A stretch of 61,229 nt of DNA, the filler included. It is 4 parts of 4 records of this genome, joined end to end, with 100 filler letters (N's around TTAATTAATTAA, not from the genome) between each part and the next. Parts side by side here need not be neighbours in the genome. Positions count along the whole stretch, not along the records: positions 1 to 28,380 come from SRR2962707_551; 3 more parts are not named here. The stretch is one strand, 5' to 3'. The notes below the pieces were generated by a model. The model did not search any database and was not told where the DNA came from. It saw only the letters and a list, made by a program, of their open reading frames with translations. The first letter of the stretch is position 1; the number at the start of each line of letters is the position of its first letter. Both the position numbers and the translations under genes were made by a program. Of the stretch, positions 11,264 through 22,008 are shown in pieces.

Positions 11264-12039
11264 TGACGATACACCCAACAGCTTTAGTTGACCCAAAAGC
11301 AGAACTGGATTCCAGCGTTGAAGTTGGCCCTTTTTCTGTGATTGGACCTCATGTAAAGATTGGCGCGGGTAGCGTTATTAAATCTCATGTGGTGATCAAT
11401 GGTCATACGACGATTGGTTGCCATAATGAAATTTATCAGTTTGCTTCTATTGGTGAAGCAAACCAAGACAAAAAGTACAAAGGCGAGCCAACAAAGCTAA
11501 TCATTGGCAATCATAATAGTATTCGTGAAAATGCGACCATTCATCGTGGTACTGTTCAGGATAATGGTTTGACCCAGATAGGCGACCATAACTTGTTCAT
11601 GGCAAGCACTCATACTGGTCATGATTGTATTGTTGGTAATAATAATATCTTTGCGAACTACGCGGCGCTTGCAGGCCACGTAAAAGTGGGAGATTTTGTT
11701 ATTTTAGGCGGCTACACAGGGATTCATCAGTTTTGCCAAGTGAATTCATACAGCATGTGCGGTATGGGTTCTATGGTGGCTAAAGATGTTCCTCAGTTTA
11801 TGATGGTTTCTGGAAGCCCAGCCAAAGCCCATGGTATGAATTTTGAGGGGATGCGCCGTAGAGGTTTATCTCCTGAGGTTATCAAGGCTCTGCGAAAAGC
11901 GTATAAGACGATCTATCTAAAAGGAATGACTTTAGAGCAGGCGTTAACTGAGCTTGAAGGCAGTGCTATTTACGATATACCTGAAGTGACCAACTTTGTT
12001 TTGTCTATCCGTCGCTCTGAACGCGGCATTGTTCGTTAA
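11263..12039 (+). CDS. lpxA: Acyl-ACP--UDP-N-acetylglucosamine O-acyltransferase
   Basis: IHPTALV start, QDKKY, IHRGT, HDC motifs; GTG start overlapping the fabZ stop. Confidence 0.97.
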   Translation: MTIHPTALVDPKAELDSSVEVGPFSVIGPHVKIGAGSVIKSHVVINGHTTIGCHNEIYQFASIGEANQDKKYKGEPTKLIIGNHNSIRENATIHRGTVQDNGLTQIGDHNLFMASTHTGHDCIVGNNNIFANYAALAGHVKVGDFVILGGYTGIHQFCQVNSYSMCGMGSMVAKDVPQFMMVSGSPAKAHGMNFEGMRRRGLSPEVIKALRKAYKTIYLKGMTLEQALTELEGSAIYDIPEVTNFVLSIRRSERGIVR

Positions 12040-12068
12040 ACATTGTTCGCTAGACATTGTTAGAGAAA
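12027..12068 (+). repeat. Degenerate 14-bp tandem repeat (3 copies) spanning the lpxA stop
   Basis: CATTGTTCGTTAAA / CATTGTTCGCTAGA / CATTGTTAGAGAAA. Confidence 0.8.
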
Positions 12069-12094
12069 ACCCCGGACTATTTCGGGGTTTTTTT
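12066..12094 (+). terminator. Rho-independent terminator between lpxA and lpxB
   Basis: AAAACCCCG...CGGGG followed by T7. Confidence 0.82.
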
Positions 12095-12118
12095 ATTACT
12101 CAAAATGGAAGAAATTGA

Positions 12119-13264
12119 ATGGCGGTGACGCGTTATGTTCTCGTGGCAGGAGAGGCTTCAGGCGATATTCTCGGCGCCAATCTTATTGCCCACCTTAAAA
12201 TGTTACAACCAGACGCTGTCTTTGAAGGCATTGGTGGTCCATTAATGCAAGCGCAAGGCTTGACGAGTATGGTGCCAATGGAGCGCCTTTCTGTCATGGG
12301 GCTGGTAGAGGTGTTAGGACGTTTGCGTGAGCTTCTCGGCATCCGTAAACAGTTGTACCAAGCTTGTCTGGCTCACCCTCCAACGGCGTTTATCGGGATA
12401 GACTCCCCAGATTTCACTATTCCATTAGAAAAAAAGCTAAAAGAAGCGGGCATTAAAACGGTCCATTACGTGAGTCCATCGGTTTGGGCTTGGCGTCAAA
12501 AACGGATTTTCAAAATCAAAAAATCTGTTGATCTTATGTTGGCTTTGTTTCCATTTGAACTGCCTATCTATCATCAGCACAATATCCCTGTGGTTTGTGT
12601 TGGTCATACATTGGCGGACGATATTCCCTTAGAAAGCAGTGCAGAAGACGCAAGAAAGGCATTGGCGCTTCCGGTTATGAAAGGGCCTGTGTTCGGCATA
12701 TTACCGGGGTCACGAGGTGGTGAAGTTGCCAAATTAGCCCCTTTGTTTATTGAGACGATGAAGCTTATTAAGCAGCAGCAACCTGACGCGCAGTTTTTGA
12801 TTCCTGCGGCGAACCAAGAGCGCAAACAGCAAATTGAAACCTTGTTGCAAGAAGCCAACGCAGAAGCGGTGTTGATTGATGGGCAATCGCGTACCGTCAT
12901 GGCAGCGAGTGACGCGGTATTATTAGCGTCGGGTACTGCTGCGTTAGAGGCCATGCTGGTCAAACGACCTATGGTGGTTGCGTATCGGTTTAGTGCGTTG
13001 ACTTACGCTATCATGTCGAGAATGCTGAAAGTGCCTTATGTGTCTTTGCCTAATCTATTGGCGAATGATGCGCTTGTGCCAGAATTGATTCAGGATCAAG
13101 CAACGCCTGCTAATCTTAGTCGTCGCTTATTGCAAACTTGGCAGTCCTTTATGGGAGATCATAATATCCAAGCTCGTTATCAGGAGTTGCATCAAATGTT
13201 GCGCAAAAATGCCGGCGAAACGGCGGCTCAGGCAATTGTTGATATGGTTGAAGGGAAGCGTTAA
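12119..13264 (+). CDS. lpxB: Lipid-A-disaccharide synthase
   Basis: [30 protein letters not shown] motifs. Confidence 0.98.
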   Translation: MAVTRYVLVAGEASGDILGANLIAHLKMLQPDAVFEGIGGPLMQAQGLTSMVPMERLSVMGLVEVLGRLRELLGIRKQLYQACLAHPPTAFIGIDSPDFTIPLEKKLKEAGIKTVHYVSPSVWAWRQKRIFKIKKSVDLMLALFPFELPIYHQHNIPVVCVGHTLADDIPLESSAEDARKALALPVMKGPVFGILPGSRGGEVAKLAPLFIETMKLIKQQQPDAQFLIPAANQERKQQIETLLQEANAEAVLIDGQSRTVMAASDAVLLASGTAALEAMLVKRPMVVAYRFSALTYAIMSRMLKVPYVSLPNLLANDALVPELIQDQATPANLSRRLLQTWQSFMGDHNIQARYQELHQMLRKNAGETAAQAIVDMVEGKR

Positions 13265-13863
13265 TGGAACCCTTTGTGAGTAGTGTGTATTTTGGTGATT
13301 TGCTTGCTGGTGCGGACGAAGCAGGACGCGGCCCTCTGGCGGGCGATGTGGTTGCAGCAGCGGTGATTTTAGACCCTAACAAGCCTATCGCAGGGTTGGC
13401 AGATTCAAAAAAGTTGACCGAAAAAAAACGAGAAGCCTTGTTTGTTGAAATTCAAGAAAAGGCCTTAGCGTATGCGGTGGCGAGCGCCAGTATTGAAGAA
13501 ATAGATCAGCTTAATATTTTGCACGCCAGTATGCTGGCGATGAGTCGTGCCGTGAATCAGCTGTCGGTCAGAGCAGAACATGTTTTGATTGATGGTAATC
13601 GAGTGCCCAAGGATTTGCCTTGTCCAGCAGAAGCCGTAGTGAAAGGGGATGCGCGTCATGCCGCTATCTCGGCCGCGTCTATTTTAGCAAAAGTGACACG
13701 CGACAGAGAGATAGTCAAAATGGCGGCGCAATATCCGCAATACGGATTTGAAAAGCATAAAGGCTACCCGACCGCACAGCACCTTGCGGCTTTAGAGTTA
13801 TATGGCATTACCCCTATTCATAGGCGCACCTTTGGCCCTGTGAAGAAATTTTTAGAAGGTTAA
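13264..13863 (+). CDS. rnhB: Ribonuclease HII
   Basis: [32 protein letters not shown] motifs. Confidence 0.98.
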   Translation: MEPFVSSVYFGDLLAGADEAGRGPLAGDVVAAAVILDPNKPIAGLADSKKLTEKKREALFVEIQEKALAYAVASASIEEIDQLNILHASMLAMSRAVNQLSVRAEHVLIDGNRVPKDLPCPAEAVVKGDARHAAISAASILAKVTRDREIVKMAAQYPQYGFEKHKGYPTAQHLAALELYGITPIHRRTFGPVKKFLEG

Positions 13864-13867
13864 TATT

Positions 13868-16800
13868 TTGTCCACATCGTTTATCCATTTACGTGTTCAT
13901 ACCGAGTTTTCTCTAGTTGATGGCTTGGTAAAAGTGAAAGGCTTATTGGGCACGACTGAAAGCATGTCGATGCCAGCTGTCGCGATCACAGATGAGAATA
14001 ATTTGTGTGGCTTTGTGCGCTTCTATAAAGGCGCGATGGACAAAGGGATTAAGCCCATTTGTGGCGCGGATGTCGTGTTAGAAGAAGATGAGAAGGTTGA
14101 AGACCGTTCTCGTTTGACGCTGCTTGCGATGTCGAATGAAGGCTATAAGAATATCATCAAGGTGATTTCTAAAGGCTACCAATTGGGGCAGGTTGAAGGT
14201 CGTCCGATTATTAAGCGCGCTTGGATTGAAGCGCATAGCGACGATGTCATTGCCTTATCTGGTGCTCGTGAAGGTGATATTGGTAAGTTGCTAGAAAAAG
14301 GGCATCCAGAGGAAGCCAAGCAACAGTTGGCGTATTGGATGTCGGTTTTCCCTAACCGTTTCTATGTTGAGTTACAACGGACCAGTCGTTCAGGTGAAGA
14401 GCGCTTTATCCATCAGGTTGTCCCCATTGCCGCTGAACTAGGGTGTCCTGTTGTTGCGACCAACGATGTACGCTTTTTGAAACGTGGAGATTTTGAAGCC
14501 CATGAGGCACGAGTGTGTATTCATGATGGCGTTACTTTGGATGATCCACGTCGCAAACGTCGCTATTCAGAAGAGCAATACTTTAAAACCGCTGAAGAAA
14601 TGGAAGCCTTGTTTGAAGATATTCCTGAGGCGCTTGAAAATACCGTTGAAATAGCCAAGCGCTGCAGTGTTGATGTGCTGCTTGGTAAATACTTTTTGCC
14701 AGATTTTCCGGTGCCTGAAGGCATGACGATGGAAGACTTTTTCAAAAAGATCTCCTACGACGGACTTCAAGAACGTTTTGATTTTCTGGTGAATAAATAT
14801 GGCGATCGCATTGAAAAGCGCCGCCAAGAATATTGGGATCGTCTTGATTTCGAATTGAATATCATCAACCAAATGGGATTCCCTGGTTATTTCCTTATCG
14901 TTATGGATTTTATTCAGTGGGCGAAAGATAACGACATTCCCGTTGGGCCTGGGCGAGGGTCCGGTGCCGGTTCTTTGGTGGCCTACGCGCTTAAAATTAC
15001 CGATTTGGATCCACTTGAATACGATTTGCTGTTCGAGCGATTCTTGAACCCAGAGCGTGTCTCCATGCCCGATTTCGATATCGACTTTTGCATGGATAAC
15101 CGTGACCGAGTGATTGATTATGTATCAAGAACATACGGTCGAGATGCGGTATCGCAGATTATTACGTTTGGTGCGATGGCCGCGAAGGCGGTAGTACGAG
15201 ATGTGGCGCGGGTGCAAGGTAAACCCTATAGCCTTGGCGATAAACTGTCTAAGTTGATTCCTTTTGAAATTGGCATGACGCTGAAAAAAGCGTTGGAAGA
15301 AGAACCCGCGTTGCCTGAGTTTTTGGCTGGGGATGAGGACGCAGCAGAAGTCATGGAAATGGCTTTTTCCCTTGAAGGCGTTGTGCGTAACTTTGGTAAA
15401 CACGCCGGTGGTGTGGTGATAGCGCCGACCAAGTTGACCGATTTTTCGCCTTTGTATTGTGAAGAAGACGGTTCCGGTTTGGTGACTCAATACGATAAAA
15501 ATGACGTTGAGGAAGCGGGCCTAGTTAAGTTCGACTTCTTGGGGCTGAAAACGCTGACCGTAGTGGATTGGGCGGTTAAGAATATTAATCAGATCCATGA
15601 GGTTGCGGGTAAGCCTCCTCTCGATATTGCCTTAATCGATCTTGAAGATAAGTCCGTGTATGACTTGTTACAACGGGCGGAAACGACGGCGGTGTTCCAG
15701 CTGGAATCCCGTGGCATGAAAGAGTTGATCAAGAAGCTATTGCCATCGCGTTTTGAAGATATTATCGCCTTGGTAGCCTTGTTCCGTCCGGGGCCTTTGG
15801 GGTCCGGCATGGTAGATGACTTCATCAACCGTAAGCATGGCCGAGCCGAGTTGGCTTTCCCACATCCTGATTATCAACATGAAGACCTTATTCCGGTTCT
15901 GGAACCTACGTACGGTATTATTTTGTACCAAGAGCAGGTTATGCAGATCGCTCAGGTGTTGGCAAAATTCTCACTGGGTGGCGCCGATTTGTTGCGTCGA
16001 GCAATGGGTAAGAAAAAAGCCGAAGTTATGGCTGAGCAGCGCTTAATCTTTATGGAAGGCGCGCTGAAAAACAATGTTGATAAAGAGTTGTCCGGTAATA
16101 TCTTTGACTTGATGGAGAAGTTTGCCGGCTACGGGTTTAACAAATCTCACTCGGCGGCTTATGCCTTGGTGTCTTACCAAACCGCTTGGTTGAAAAAACA
16201 TTATCCTGCGCCCTTTATGGCTGCCGTGTTGTCGGCGGATATGCAAAACACGGACAAGATCGTTATTTTCATCGAAGAATGTCGTTCGATGAAATTGCCA
16301 TTAGAATTGCCGAATGTGAATATGTCGGTTTATAAGTTTACCGTGACACCAGCCGGCGAGATTGTCTACGGTTTAGGGGCGATCAAAGGGGTGGGTGAAG
16401 GCCCGATTGAGGCGATTGTTGAGGCGCGTAAAGATGGCCCATTTGAGCACATTTTTGACTTTTGCCAGCGGGTCGGTCGCAAGGTTAACAAGCGTGTAAT
16501 GGAAGCGTTAGTGCGTTCAGGAGCGTTTGATACGATAGGGCCAAATCGAGCGACCTTGTTTGCTTCGATTGATGGCGCCTTGAAAAGAGCAGACCAGGCC
16601 GCAAAAAGTAAAGATGCAGGCATGATGGATCTGTTTGGTATTGCAGTTGAAGAACCAACGGAGAATGCCTACGATGAAATTGGTATTCAACACGAGTGGT
16701 CTGGACGTCAGCGTTTAGATGGTGAAAAAGACACATTGGGTCTTTATGTCACAGGTCACCCGATTGATGAATACGAAAAAGAAATTCGTCGTTTTGCGCG

Positions 16801-17344
16801 TTCTCGTATCGTTGATTTGCAGCCAAAGCGTGGCGATACACAGGTCATGGCGGGATTGATTGTTGATTTACGGATTACCAAAAGTAAAAAAGGTGGAAAC
16901 ATCGCTTTTGTGACTTTGGATGATCGTTCGGCGCGCATTGAGGTGACGGTATTCCCTGATAGCTACGAAGCCTTAAAAGGCGTCATTGTAAAAGATGAAG
17001 TCGTGGTGGTTGAAGGGGAAATCAATGTCGATGAGTTCCGAGGCGGGCAAAAGGTTATCGCGCGCAATATATTCGATATTCCTCAAGCTCGTGTTCGTTA
17101 TGTCGAAGCCTTACGTATTACATGGAGTGAAGAAACAGTAACGACCAGAGCGATTCAAGAGCTGGCCAAATACATGGAACCATTTCGAGGGAACGGATGT
17201 GATGTAGTGATAGGGTTCGATACGGATCAAGCGCATGGAGATATTCGTTTAGGGTCAAATTGGAAGATTTTACCCAATGACGAATTAATTCATGAACTTC
17301 AGAAACAATACGGTAAACAAAATGTTCAGCTAGTGTATACTTAG
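13868..17344 (+). CDS. dnaE: DNA polymerase III subunit alpha
   Basis: PHP domain HLRVHTEFS; GPGRGSGAGS, PDFDIDF, FNKSHSAAY motifs; TTG start. Confidence 0.99.
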   Translation: MSTSFIHLRVHTEFSLVDGLVKVKGLLGTTESMSMPAVAITDENNLCGFVRFYKGAMDKGIKPICGADVVLEEDEKVEDRSRLTLLAMSNEGYKNIIKVISKGYQLGQVEGRPIIKRAWIEAHSDDVIALSGAREGDIGKLLEKGHPEEAKQQLAYWMSVFPNRFYVELQRTSRSGEERFIHQVVPIAAELGCPVVATNDVRFLKRGDFEAHEARVCIHDGVTLDDPRRKRRYSEEQYFKTAEEMEALFEDIPEALENTVEIAKRCSVDVLLGKYFLPDFPVPEGMTMEDFFKKISYDGLQERFDFLVNKYGDRIEKRRQEYWDRLDFELNIINQMGFPGYFLIVMDFIQWAKDNDIPVGPGRGSGAGSLVAYALKITDLDPLEYDLLFERFLNPERVSMPDFDIDFCMDNRDRVIDYVSRTYGRDAVSQIITFGAMAAKAVVRDVARVQGKPYSLGDKLSKLIPFEIGMTLKKALEEEPALPEFLAGDEDAAEVMEMAFSLEGVVRNFGKHAGGVVIAPTKLTDFSPLYCEEDGSGLVTQYDKNDVEEAGLVKFDFLGLKTLTVVDWAVKNINQIHEVAGKPPLDIALIDLEDKSVYDLLQRAETTAVFQLESRGMKELIKKLLPSRFEDIIALVALFRPGPLGSGMVDDFINRKHGRAELAFPHPDYQHEDLIPVLEPTYGIILYQEQVMQIAQVLAKFSLGGADLLRRAMGKKKAEVMAEQRLIFMEGALKNNVDKELSGNIFDLMEKFAGYGFNKSHSAAYALVSYQTAWLKKHYPAPFMAAVLSADMQNTDKIVIFIEECRSMKLPLELPNVNMSVYKFTVTPAGEIVYGLGAIKGVGEGPIEAIVEARKDGPFEHIFDFCQRVGRKVNKRVMEALVRSGAFDTIGPNRATLFASIDGALKRADQAAKSKDAGMMDLFGIAVEEPTENAYDEIGIQHEWSGRQRLDGEKDTLGLYVTGHPIDEYEKEIRRFARSRIVDLQPKRGDTQVMAGLIVDLRITKSKKGGNIAFVTLDDRSARIEVTVFPDSYEALKGVIVKDEVVVVEGEINVDEFRGGQKVIARNIFDIPQARVRYVEALRITWSEETVTTRAIQELAKYMEPFRGNGCDVVIGFDTDQAHGDIRLGSNWKILPNDELIHELQKQYGKQNVQLVYT

Positions 17345-17458
17345 CCTCATTTTATAATTTGTACAAAAGAGCGTTGCGAGAAGCGGCGCCGACAGAGCAG
17401 ATGGCAAAATGTCTTTTGCCTTGTATTTGATGGCAACCAAACAGCAGTGTAATTAAAC

Positions 17459-18406
17459 ATGAATTTAGATTATCTCCCATTTGAGCAGCCGATTGCTGAA
17501 CTCGAACAAAAAATTGAAGAGTTACGTTTAGTCGGTAACGATAACGAGCTCAATATTAGTGACGAAATTAGCCGCCTTGAAGACAAGAAAGTCGCGCTTA
17601 TTAAAAGTCTTTTTAGTAATCTAGGTGCTTGGGAAGTGTCGCAACTTGCGCGCCACCCAAAGCGTCCGTACACGTTAGATTACATTAAACACGTTTTCAC
17701 AGACTTTGAAGAAATGCATGGTGACCGTCATTACGCGGATGATCGTGCCATTGTCGGCGGTATCGCACGACTAGAAGGTCGCCCTGTGATGGTTATTGGT
17801 CACCAAAAAGGTCGTGAAGTAAAAGAAAAAGTGCTTCGCAACTTTGGTATGCCGCGTCCAGAAGGTTACCGTAAAGCGTTGCGTTTAATGGAAACGGCAG
17901 AGCGCTTTAAGTTGCCAATCATTACGCTAATTGACACACCTGGGGCATACCCAGGTATAGGTGCAGAAGAACGTGGTCAAAGTGAGGCGATTGCCTTTAA
18001 CCTTGCGGCCATGTCTCGTCTTAAAACACCGATTATCTCTACCGTTATTGGTGAAGGTGGTTCTGGTGGCGCATTGGCCATTGGTGTGTGTGATGAGCTT
18101 ATGATGCTGCAATACGGCACCTATTCTGTTATTTCTCCAGAAGGCTGTGCTTCTATTCTTTGGAAGAGTGCTGAGCGCGCTTCTGATGCCGCGAAAGCGA
18201 TGGGCATCACAGCGGATCGTCTAAAAGAACTTGGTTTTGTTGATACTATCATCAAGGAGCCAATGGGCGGTGCACACATTGCTCACGAGCAAATTGCACA
18301 AAGCTTAAAAGAAAACGTATTGGCTGCGTTGGCGCGTTTGGATGAATTAACAAGCGAAGAGCTGCTGGCTCGACGTTACAACCGTCTGATGTCTTACGGT
18401 TTATAA
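17459..18406 (+). CDS. accA: Acetyl-CoA carboxylase carboxyltransferase alpha subunit
   Basis: [28 protein letters not shown] motifs. Confidence 0.99.
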   Translation: MNLDYLPFEQPIAELEQKIEELRLVGNDNELNISDEISRLEDKKVALIKSLFSNLGAWEVSQLARHPKRPYTLDYIKHVFTDFEEMHGDRHYADDRAIVGGIARLEGRPVMVIGHQKGREVKEKVLRNFGMPRPEGYRKALRLMETAERFKLPIITLIDTPGAYPGIGAEERGQSEAIAFNLAAMSRLKTPIISTVIGEGGSGGALAIGVCDELMMLQYGTYSVISPEGCASILWKSAERASDAAKAMGITADRLKELGFVDTIIKEPMGGAHIAHEQIAQSLKENVLAALARLDELTSEELLARRYNRLMSYGL

Positions 18407-18432
18407 TCGTTTAACGCCTTACGGCTTATAAT
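18393..18432 (+). repeat. 15-bp direct repeat duplicating the accA 3' end
   Basis: CTTACGGTTTATAAT (18393-18407) and CTTACGGCTTATAAT (18418-18432). Confidence 0.8.
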
Positions 18433-18448
18433 AGTCATACCGGTTATC

Positions 18449-18478
18449 AAAGGCCTCCTATTTTTAGGGGGCTTTTTT
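18449..18478 (+). terminator. Rho-independent terminator after accA
   Basis: AGGCCTCCTA...TAGGGGGCTT stem (G-U pairs) with T tail. Confidence 0.75.
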
Positions 18479-18531
18479 GTTTATAGATAAGGCTGCTCCG
18501 GTATAGTATTCCCTTCATACCTATATAAGAG

Positions 18532-19854
18532 ATGACTTTAATTTCGATTATGCCTGCTTATTCTTCATTACCACCGACTTTATCGACTCACCCGTTGAGC
18601 TTTCACTCTGACTGGATTCGCGCTTTATTTGAGGGTGATGGCCTAATTTGGGTCGGATTCAGTGGCGGTGTTGATTCTCATGTCTTGCTCCATGCGTTGG
18701 CGACCGCCTTGAATGCGGAACAAAAAGAAAAGTTAGTGGCGATACATGTGCATCACGGCTTGAGTGCGAATGCAGAGGATTGGCTGAATCATTGCCAGGC
18801 TATTTGCCAAGGATTAAACGTGCGGTTTGTGGCGAAGCGAGTGGTGCTCGGCGAGCAGGCGTCAATAGAAGACGCGGCACGAAAAGCCCGCTACGCGGCT
18901 TTTGAAGAAGAGCTTAATCCAGCCGACGTTTTTCTCATGGCACATCATGCAGGAGATCAAGCTGAGACTGTATTGTTTCGCTTATTGCGAGGGACGGGTG
19001 GCAAAGGTCTGTCTGGTATCCCCGCAGTGCGTTCATTAGGTCAAGCGACGCTAATACGGCCACTTTTGGCCACTCCCAAAGCTTGCATAGTGGCGTACGC
19101 TAAAGAACATGGCTTGTATTGGGTGGAAGACGAATCCAACGACGATGAAAGATTTACACGAAACTTTATTCGTCATCGAATACTCCCCACATTAGAAATA
19201 CGCTTCCCTAAAATGGAACAAAGCATAGGCTTGACTGCGCAACGGGTGGCAACAGACTACAGTATGCTTGCCGAGTTTGCGGCAAAGCAATTGGTCGACT
19301 GGTGTGATGCATTTGGTGGTTTAATACTGCAACACCTAACAGCCATGCCAGAAGAAAAACGCTTATTTTGGTTGCGTCATTTTCTACAAGAGAAACGAGT
19401 GTCATTGACACATACCCAGTTAGAAAGTGTTGCGGCTATGGTGTTTGGGGAAGATCATAAGCAACCAGAATTTTGTTTCGCATCAGGACGTATTATGCGC
19501 CATCAAGGTGTTGTTTATGTGTTGCCAAAAGAGCGTCCTGTGCAGCTTGGGGAGTTGATTTCAGGGGTGCCGTTAACACGCGATTTTGATCAGTTATTGG
19601 TTGAAGGTCGTGGGTGCTTTTCCCTACGTGAACGCCCCCAAGGTGCCGCCCTTTTGCTGGCTAATGGTCATCGGCGAAAACTCAAGAAATGGCTGAATGA
19701 TCAGAAGGTGCCAAGCTGGTGGCGAGAGCATTTACCTTATCTCTATTTGGACGATGAGCTGATTGCAATTGGTTCATTATGGCGTCACCCTAGTTACCTT
19801 GATATAAAGTTTGATTGGCGCGCAAACGAAACGCTGCCTTTTCCTTTAGGTTAA
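18532..19854 (+). CDS. tilS: tRNA(Ile)-lysidine synthetase
   Basis: PP-loop SGGVDS, ARKARY, HHAGDQAET, RNFIRH; follows accA; start could be 18550. Confidence 0.95.
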   Translation: MTLISIMPAYSSLPPTLSTHPLSFHSDWIRALFEGDGLIWVGFSGGVDSHVLLHALATALNAEQKEKLVAIHVHHGLSANAEDWLNHCQAICQGLNVRFVAKRVVLGEQASIEDAARKARYAAFEEELNPADVFLMAHHAGDQAETVLFRLLRGTGGKGLSGIPAVRSLGQATLIRPLLATPKACIVAYAKEHGLYWVEDESNDDERFTRNFIRHRILPTLEIRFPKMEQSIGLTAQRVATDYSMLAEFAAKQLVDWCDAFGGLILQHLTAMPEEKRLFWLRHFLQEKRVSLTHTQLESVAAMVFGEDHKQPEFCFASGRIMRHQGVVYVLPKERPVQLGELISGVPLTRDFDQLLVEGRGCFSLRERPQGAALLLANGHRRKLKKWLNDQKVPSWWREHLPYLYLDDELIAIGSLWRHPSYLDIKFDWRANETLPFPLG

Positions 19855-19873
19855 CCCTCTGCAGAATGAGAAA

Positions 19874-20815
19874 ATGATGAAAATTGCGATATTAGACGAT
19901 TATCAAAATGTCATAAAAGACCTGGCATGTATGTCTTTATTACAGGCTCATGACGTGACTATCATCAGTGATATTTTAAGCCAAGAAGAAAAAATACGAG
20001 CCCTTCAAGACATTGAGGCCGTGGTGCTGATTCGAGAGAGAACCACGGTCGATGAGGCTTTTTTGGCCGCTTTGCCCAAGCTTAAAGTGATCAGCCAGAC
20101 TGGCAAAATCAGTCATCACCTGGACGCGGAGGCCTGTCAGAAAAGAGGCGTTACCGTGTTAGAAGGTGTTGGTTCTCCAGTGGCGCCTTCAGAGCTTTGT
20201 TGGGCGCTTGTGATGGCGGCGTCACGCCATATTGTTCCTTATGCCAGTCAGCTCGGTGCAGGACAATGGCAATCCTCAGGCTCGTTAGGGTTGGGGCGAA
20301 CGCTTGAGGGTTTAACATTTGGTATCTGGGGTTTTGGTAAAATTGGTCAGCGGGTCGCTCGCTATGCCAGCGCCTTTGGTATGAAGGTGCTGGTGTGGGG
20401 CAGTGATGCCTCTCGTCAAAAAGCGCTAGCAGAAGGGTATAAAGCAGCGTCCTCTAAAGCGATGTTTTTTGCGCAAAGTGATGTTTTGTCGCTGCATTTA
20501 AGGTTGCATGACAGCACCAGAGGCATAGTGACAAAAGACGATTTAGGGCAAATGAAACAAGACGCCTTGTTGGTTAATATCAGTCGAGCTGAATTGCTGG
20601 AGCAAGGGGCATTAGTCGAGGCTTTGCGTGCCGGTGCTCCTGGATTTGCAGCCATTGATGTGTTTGAGCAAGAGCCTGTGATGGCTGACTCTGAGCCTTT
20701 ATTGTCCTTGCCCAATGTCTTGGCGACGCCACACATTGGCTATGTGGAGAAAAACAGCTACGAGCTTTATTGTCGAGTCGCGTTTGAAAATCTAGTCGCG
20801 TACGCTGCTGGGTAA
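19874..20815 (+). CDS. D-2-hydroxyacid dehydrogenase family protein
   Basis: KIAILDDYQ, GFGKIG Rossmann motif, NISRA, DVFEQEP, TPHIG. Confidence 0.93.
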   Translation: MMKIAILDDYQNVIKDLACMSLLQAHDVTIISDILSQEEKIRALQDIEAVVLIRERTTVDEAFLAALPKLKVISQTGKISHHLDAEACQKRGVTVLEGVGSPVAPSELCWALVMAASRHIVPYASQLGAGQWQSSGSLGLGRTLEGLTFGIWGFGKIGQRVARYASAFGMKVLVWGSDASRQKALAEGYKAASSKAMFFAQSDVLSLHLRLHDSTRGIVTKDDLGQMKQDALLVNISRAELLEQGALVEALRAGAPGFAAIDVFEQEPVMADSEPLLSLPNVLATPHIGYVEKNSYELYCRVAFENLVAYAAG

Positions 20816-20822
20816 ACGTCAT

Positions 20823-20848
20823 TGCGCCCGAGTTTTTAAAAGGGCGCA
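20823..20848. other. Intergenic inverted repeat (possible hairpin)
   Basis: TGCGCCC...GGGCGCA directly after the dehydrogenase stop; no clear T tail. Confidence 0.5.
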
Positions 20849-20930
20849 GTAGCGCGTTAGTTTTGTATTTTTTAGCGTCTGTTTGCGGTGTTTTGGCATC
20901 GCTTTATGAGGCAGTATAAGGTGAGGTACG

Positions 20931-21134
20931 ATGTTACAAACCATCTCTTTTGCAGGGTTAGAGTTTAGCCCATTGGTTATTCTTCTTCCTATCGCCTTTT
21001 GTTTGGTGGCGTGCACTCGGTTTATTTTACATTGGCTTCATCTTCGAGAACGAATCTGGAAAGTCGCTTGGTTTGAGGTGGCTTTGTTCTTTTGTTATTT
21101 GGCGGCAACGGTTTATTTATTGGGTGGAAGATAA
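20931..21134 (+). CDS. DUF1656/AaeX-like small membrane protein
   Basis: 67 aa with two hydrophobic segments, IWKVAWFEVALF motif, RBS GAGG, directly upstream of an HlyD-family gene. Confidence 0.85.
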   Translation: MLQTISFAGLEFSPLVILLPIAFCLVACTRFILHWLHLRERIWKVAWFEVALFFCYLAATVYLLGGR

Positions 21135-21139
21135 GGTTT

Positions 21140-22000
21140 ATGATGAAAACAGTGCGCGTGCTTATAACGTTGTTGGTGATTTTGGTGGCCGGAGTCGCAG
21201 GGTCTTGGGTTTGGAATGATTACATGCATTCACCTTGGACACGAGATGGCCGAGTTCGAGCGGATATTATCACTGTGGCACCAGATGTGTCGGGGTGGGT
21301 AACTAAGCTTAATATTCATAATGACCAGCCAGTTAAAAAAGACCAGTTGCTGTTTGAAGTAGACCCATTGCGTTATCAAGCTGCGTTAGCCAAAAGTGAA
21401 GCGACGGTTGAAACAGAAAAGTACGCGCTGGCGTTAGCGAAACACAAATACGAGCGTCGTAAGCAGTTGGTCAAAACGAACTCAATTAGCTTAGAAGATT
21501 TAGAAGTGGCTCGGATTAATACCAAGGTGGCAGAAGCCAATTATAAATTGGCACAAGCAGAGCTTGAAACCGCCAAATTGAATCTTGAAAGAACGGCCGT
21601 TTATGCTCCTGAATCTGGCGATATTATTAATTTGAATTTACGCCAAGGCAATTATGTTAAACAGGGTTCGTCTGTACTGGCCATTGTAAAAGCCAATTCT
21701 TTTTATGTGACTGGGTATTTTGAAGAGACCAAATTGCCTTTAATTCACCTTGGTCAAAAAGCAAAGGTGACCTTGTTAGGTGGGGGTAAGGCGCTCGCCG
21801 GTGAGGTTGTTAGTGTAGGGCGAGCGATTGCTAATACCAACACACAAAGCAACAATCAATTACTTCCTCAGATCCAGCAAACCTTTAACTGGGTACGGTT
21901 GGCGCAGCGTATCCCTGTGGATATTAAGCTTGATTCGATTCCTCAAGGCGTTCAACTCAGTGCCGGTATGACAGTCTCTATTCATCTGTCTGAACAGTAG
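21140..22000 (+). CDS. HlyD-family efflux membrane fusion protein (AaeA/FusE-like)
   Basis: PWTRDGRVRAD, APDVSG, GYFEETKL, FNWVRLAQRIPV motifs. Confidence 0.93.
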   Translation: MMKTVRVLITLLVILVAGVAGSWVWNDYMHSPWTRDGRVRADIITVAPDVSGWVTKLNIHNDQPVKKDQLLFEVDPLRYQAALAKSEATVETEKYALALAKHKYERRKQLVKTNSISLEDLEVARINTKVAEANYKLAQAELETAKLNLERTAVYAPESGDIINLNLRQGNYVKQGSSVLAIVKANSFYVTGYFEETKLPLIHLGQKAKVTLLGGGKALAGEVVSVGRAIANTNTQSNNQLLPQIQQTFNWVRLAQRIPVDIKLDSIPQGVQLSAGMTVSIHLSEQ

Positions 22001-22008
22001 GCCATAGC

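Noticed and set aside
13868..17344. Possible intein in dnaE
   Set aside because: Length (1158 aa) is normal and there is no insertion or intein motif
17354..17420. TATAAT and a 7-bp hairpin upstream of accA
   Set aside because: No convincing -35 element and no T tail; too weak to call
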